Source of the DNA: Callorhinchus milii
Lineage: Eukaryota
Assembly (NCBI RefSeq): GCF_018977255.1
Contig: NW_024704743.1
Span: 101,930,001-101,994,000 of the forward strand
DNA length: 64,000 nucleotides
Direction of reading: 5' to 3'
Part shown: positions 63,385 to 64,000 of the stretch, in pieces
Position numbering within the stretch: the stretch's first letter is position 1
Layout of the letters: every line of letters begins with the position of its first letter
Made by a program: the position numbers and the translations under genes
Notes under the pieces: model-generated
Database searches by the model: none
What the model saw: the letters and a program-made list of their open reading frames with translations, nothing else
Told to the model about the DNA's origin: nothing

Positions 63385-64000
63385 CCAAGAGGAGTAGAGG
63401 GGCAAAGGGATCTGGAGATTCAGATCCATAAGTCTCCTGAAGTAGCTCGATAGGAAGATACTACGATTAAAAAAGACAGTGGGTCTAGGGTTTTATATCC
63501 AGAAGGATAGAATATAAAAGTGAGGAGGTGATTTTGAATTGATACAGAACCTTTGTTCAATTTGGATTTAATTCTGGTCTCTATTCTATGAAAAGGATAT
63601 AGCAATGTTGGAAAGAGTGTAGCATAATTTACAAAGATAATACCATGCCTGGCAATTTACTGCTACCAGGATAGACTATTAGGTTGGACCTTTTTTTGCT
63701 AGAGAAGATATGTTTAAGGGAGGAACAGATTTCAATTCAAAATGAATTGGAACGAAAGGATTCAATAAGGTTAACATATATAGACTTGTTTCCACTGGTT
63801 GGGGATTCTGTAACTATGGGACGCAAATATAACATAGCAACTAGGGGATCTAAAAGAGAATTTAGGAGGAACTACTTATGCAGAAGTACTACTTCACTAC
63901 TTGAAGCGTTGGTTCAATCAGATAGTGTAGGTGCATTCAAGAGGAAGCGAGACCTTCACATGAGGAAGAGGGGAATAGAAGGTATGGGAGGGAGTAAAGA
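63385..64000 (+). mobile_element. Decayed CR1 3' fragment running off the window end
   Basis: CAAAGGGATCTGGAG, GGATAGAATATAAAAG, TTTCCACTGGTTGGGGA, GCAACTAGGGGATCTAAAAGAGAATTTAGGA (last block shared with ~39411). Confidence 0.85.

Overview
Non-coding, repeat-dense vertebrate DNA, most likely from a cartilaginous fish (inferred from the repeat families; not proven). It looks like a gene desert or a very large intron. I found no host protein-coding exon I can support. Every ORF I recognise is a broken retrotransposon ORF2 fragment from one of two clades: L2 (YADDTQLY, IQNSAARVL..HITP.L..LHWLP) or CR1 (KFADDTKLGG, LEYCVQFWSP). The window also holds dozens of tRNA-derived SINEs in two main families. 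One is an older SacSINE1/DeuSINE-like family. The other is a younger family with a tRNA-Ala(TGC)-like head, a CORE-like block, the 3' part of the older family and an L2-type tail. There are two non-autonomous DNA transposons (Tc1/mariner-pogo-like at 28.7-29.9 kb, hAT-like at 63.1-63.3 kb) and a full-length U6 snRNA pseudogene. The most unusual structure is that U6 copy: it is fused to a SINE head in an arrangement matching a 5'-inverted (twin-primed) U6-SINE chimera. Other notable signals are a covarying SINE/L2 3' stem-loop, deep element nesting and templated duplications at 5' junctions. Family names are from recalled consensus sequences, and boundaries of old repeats are approximate (tens of bp).
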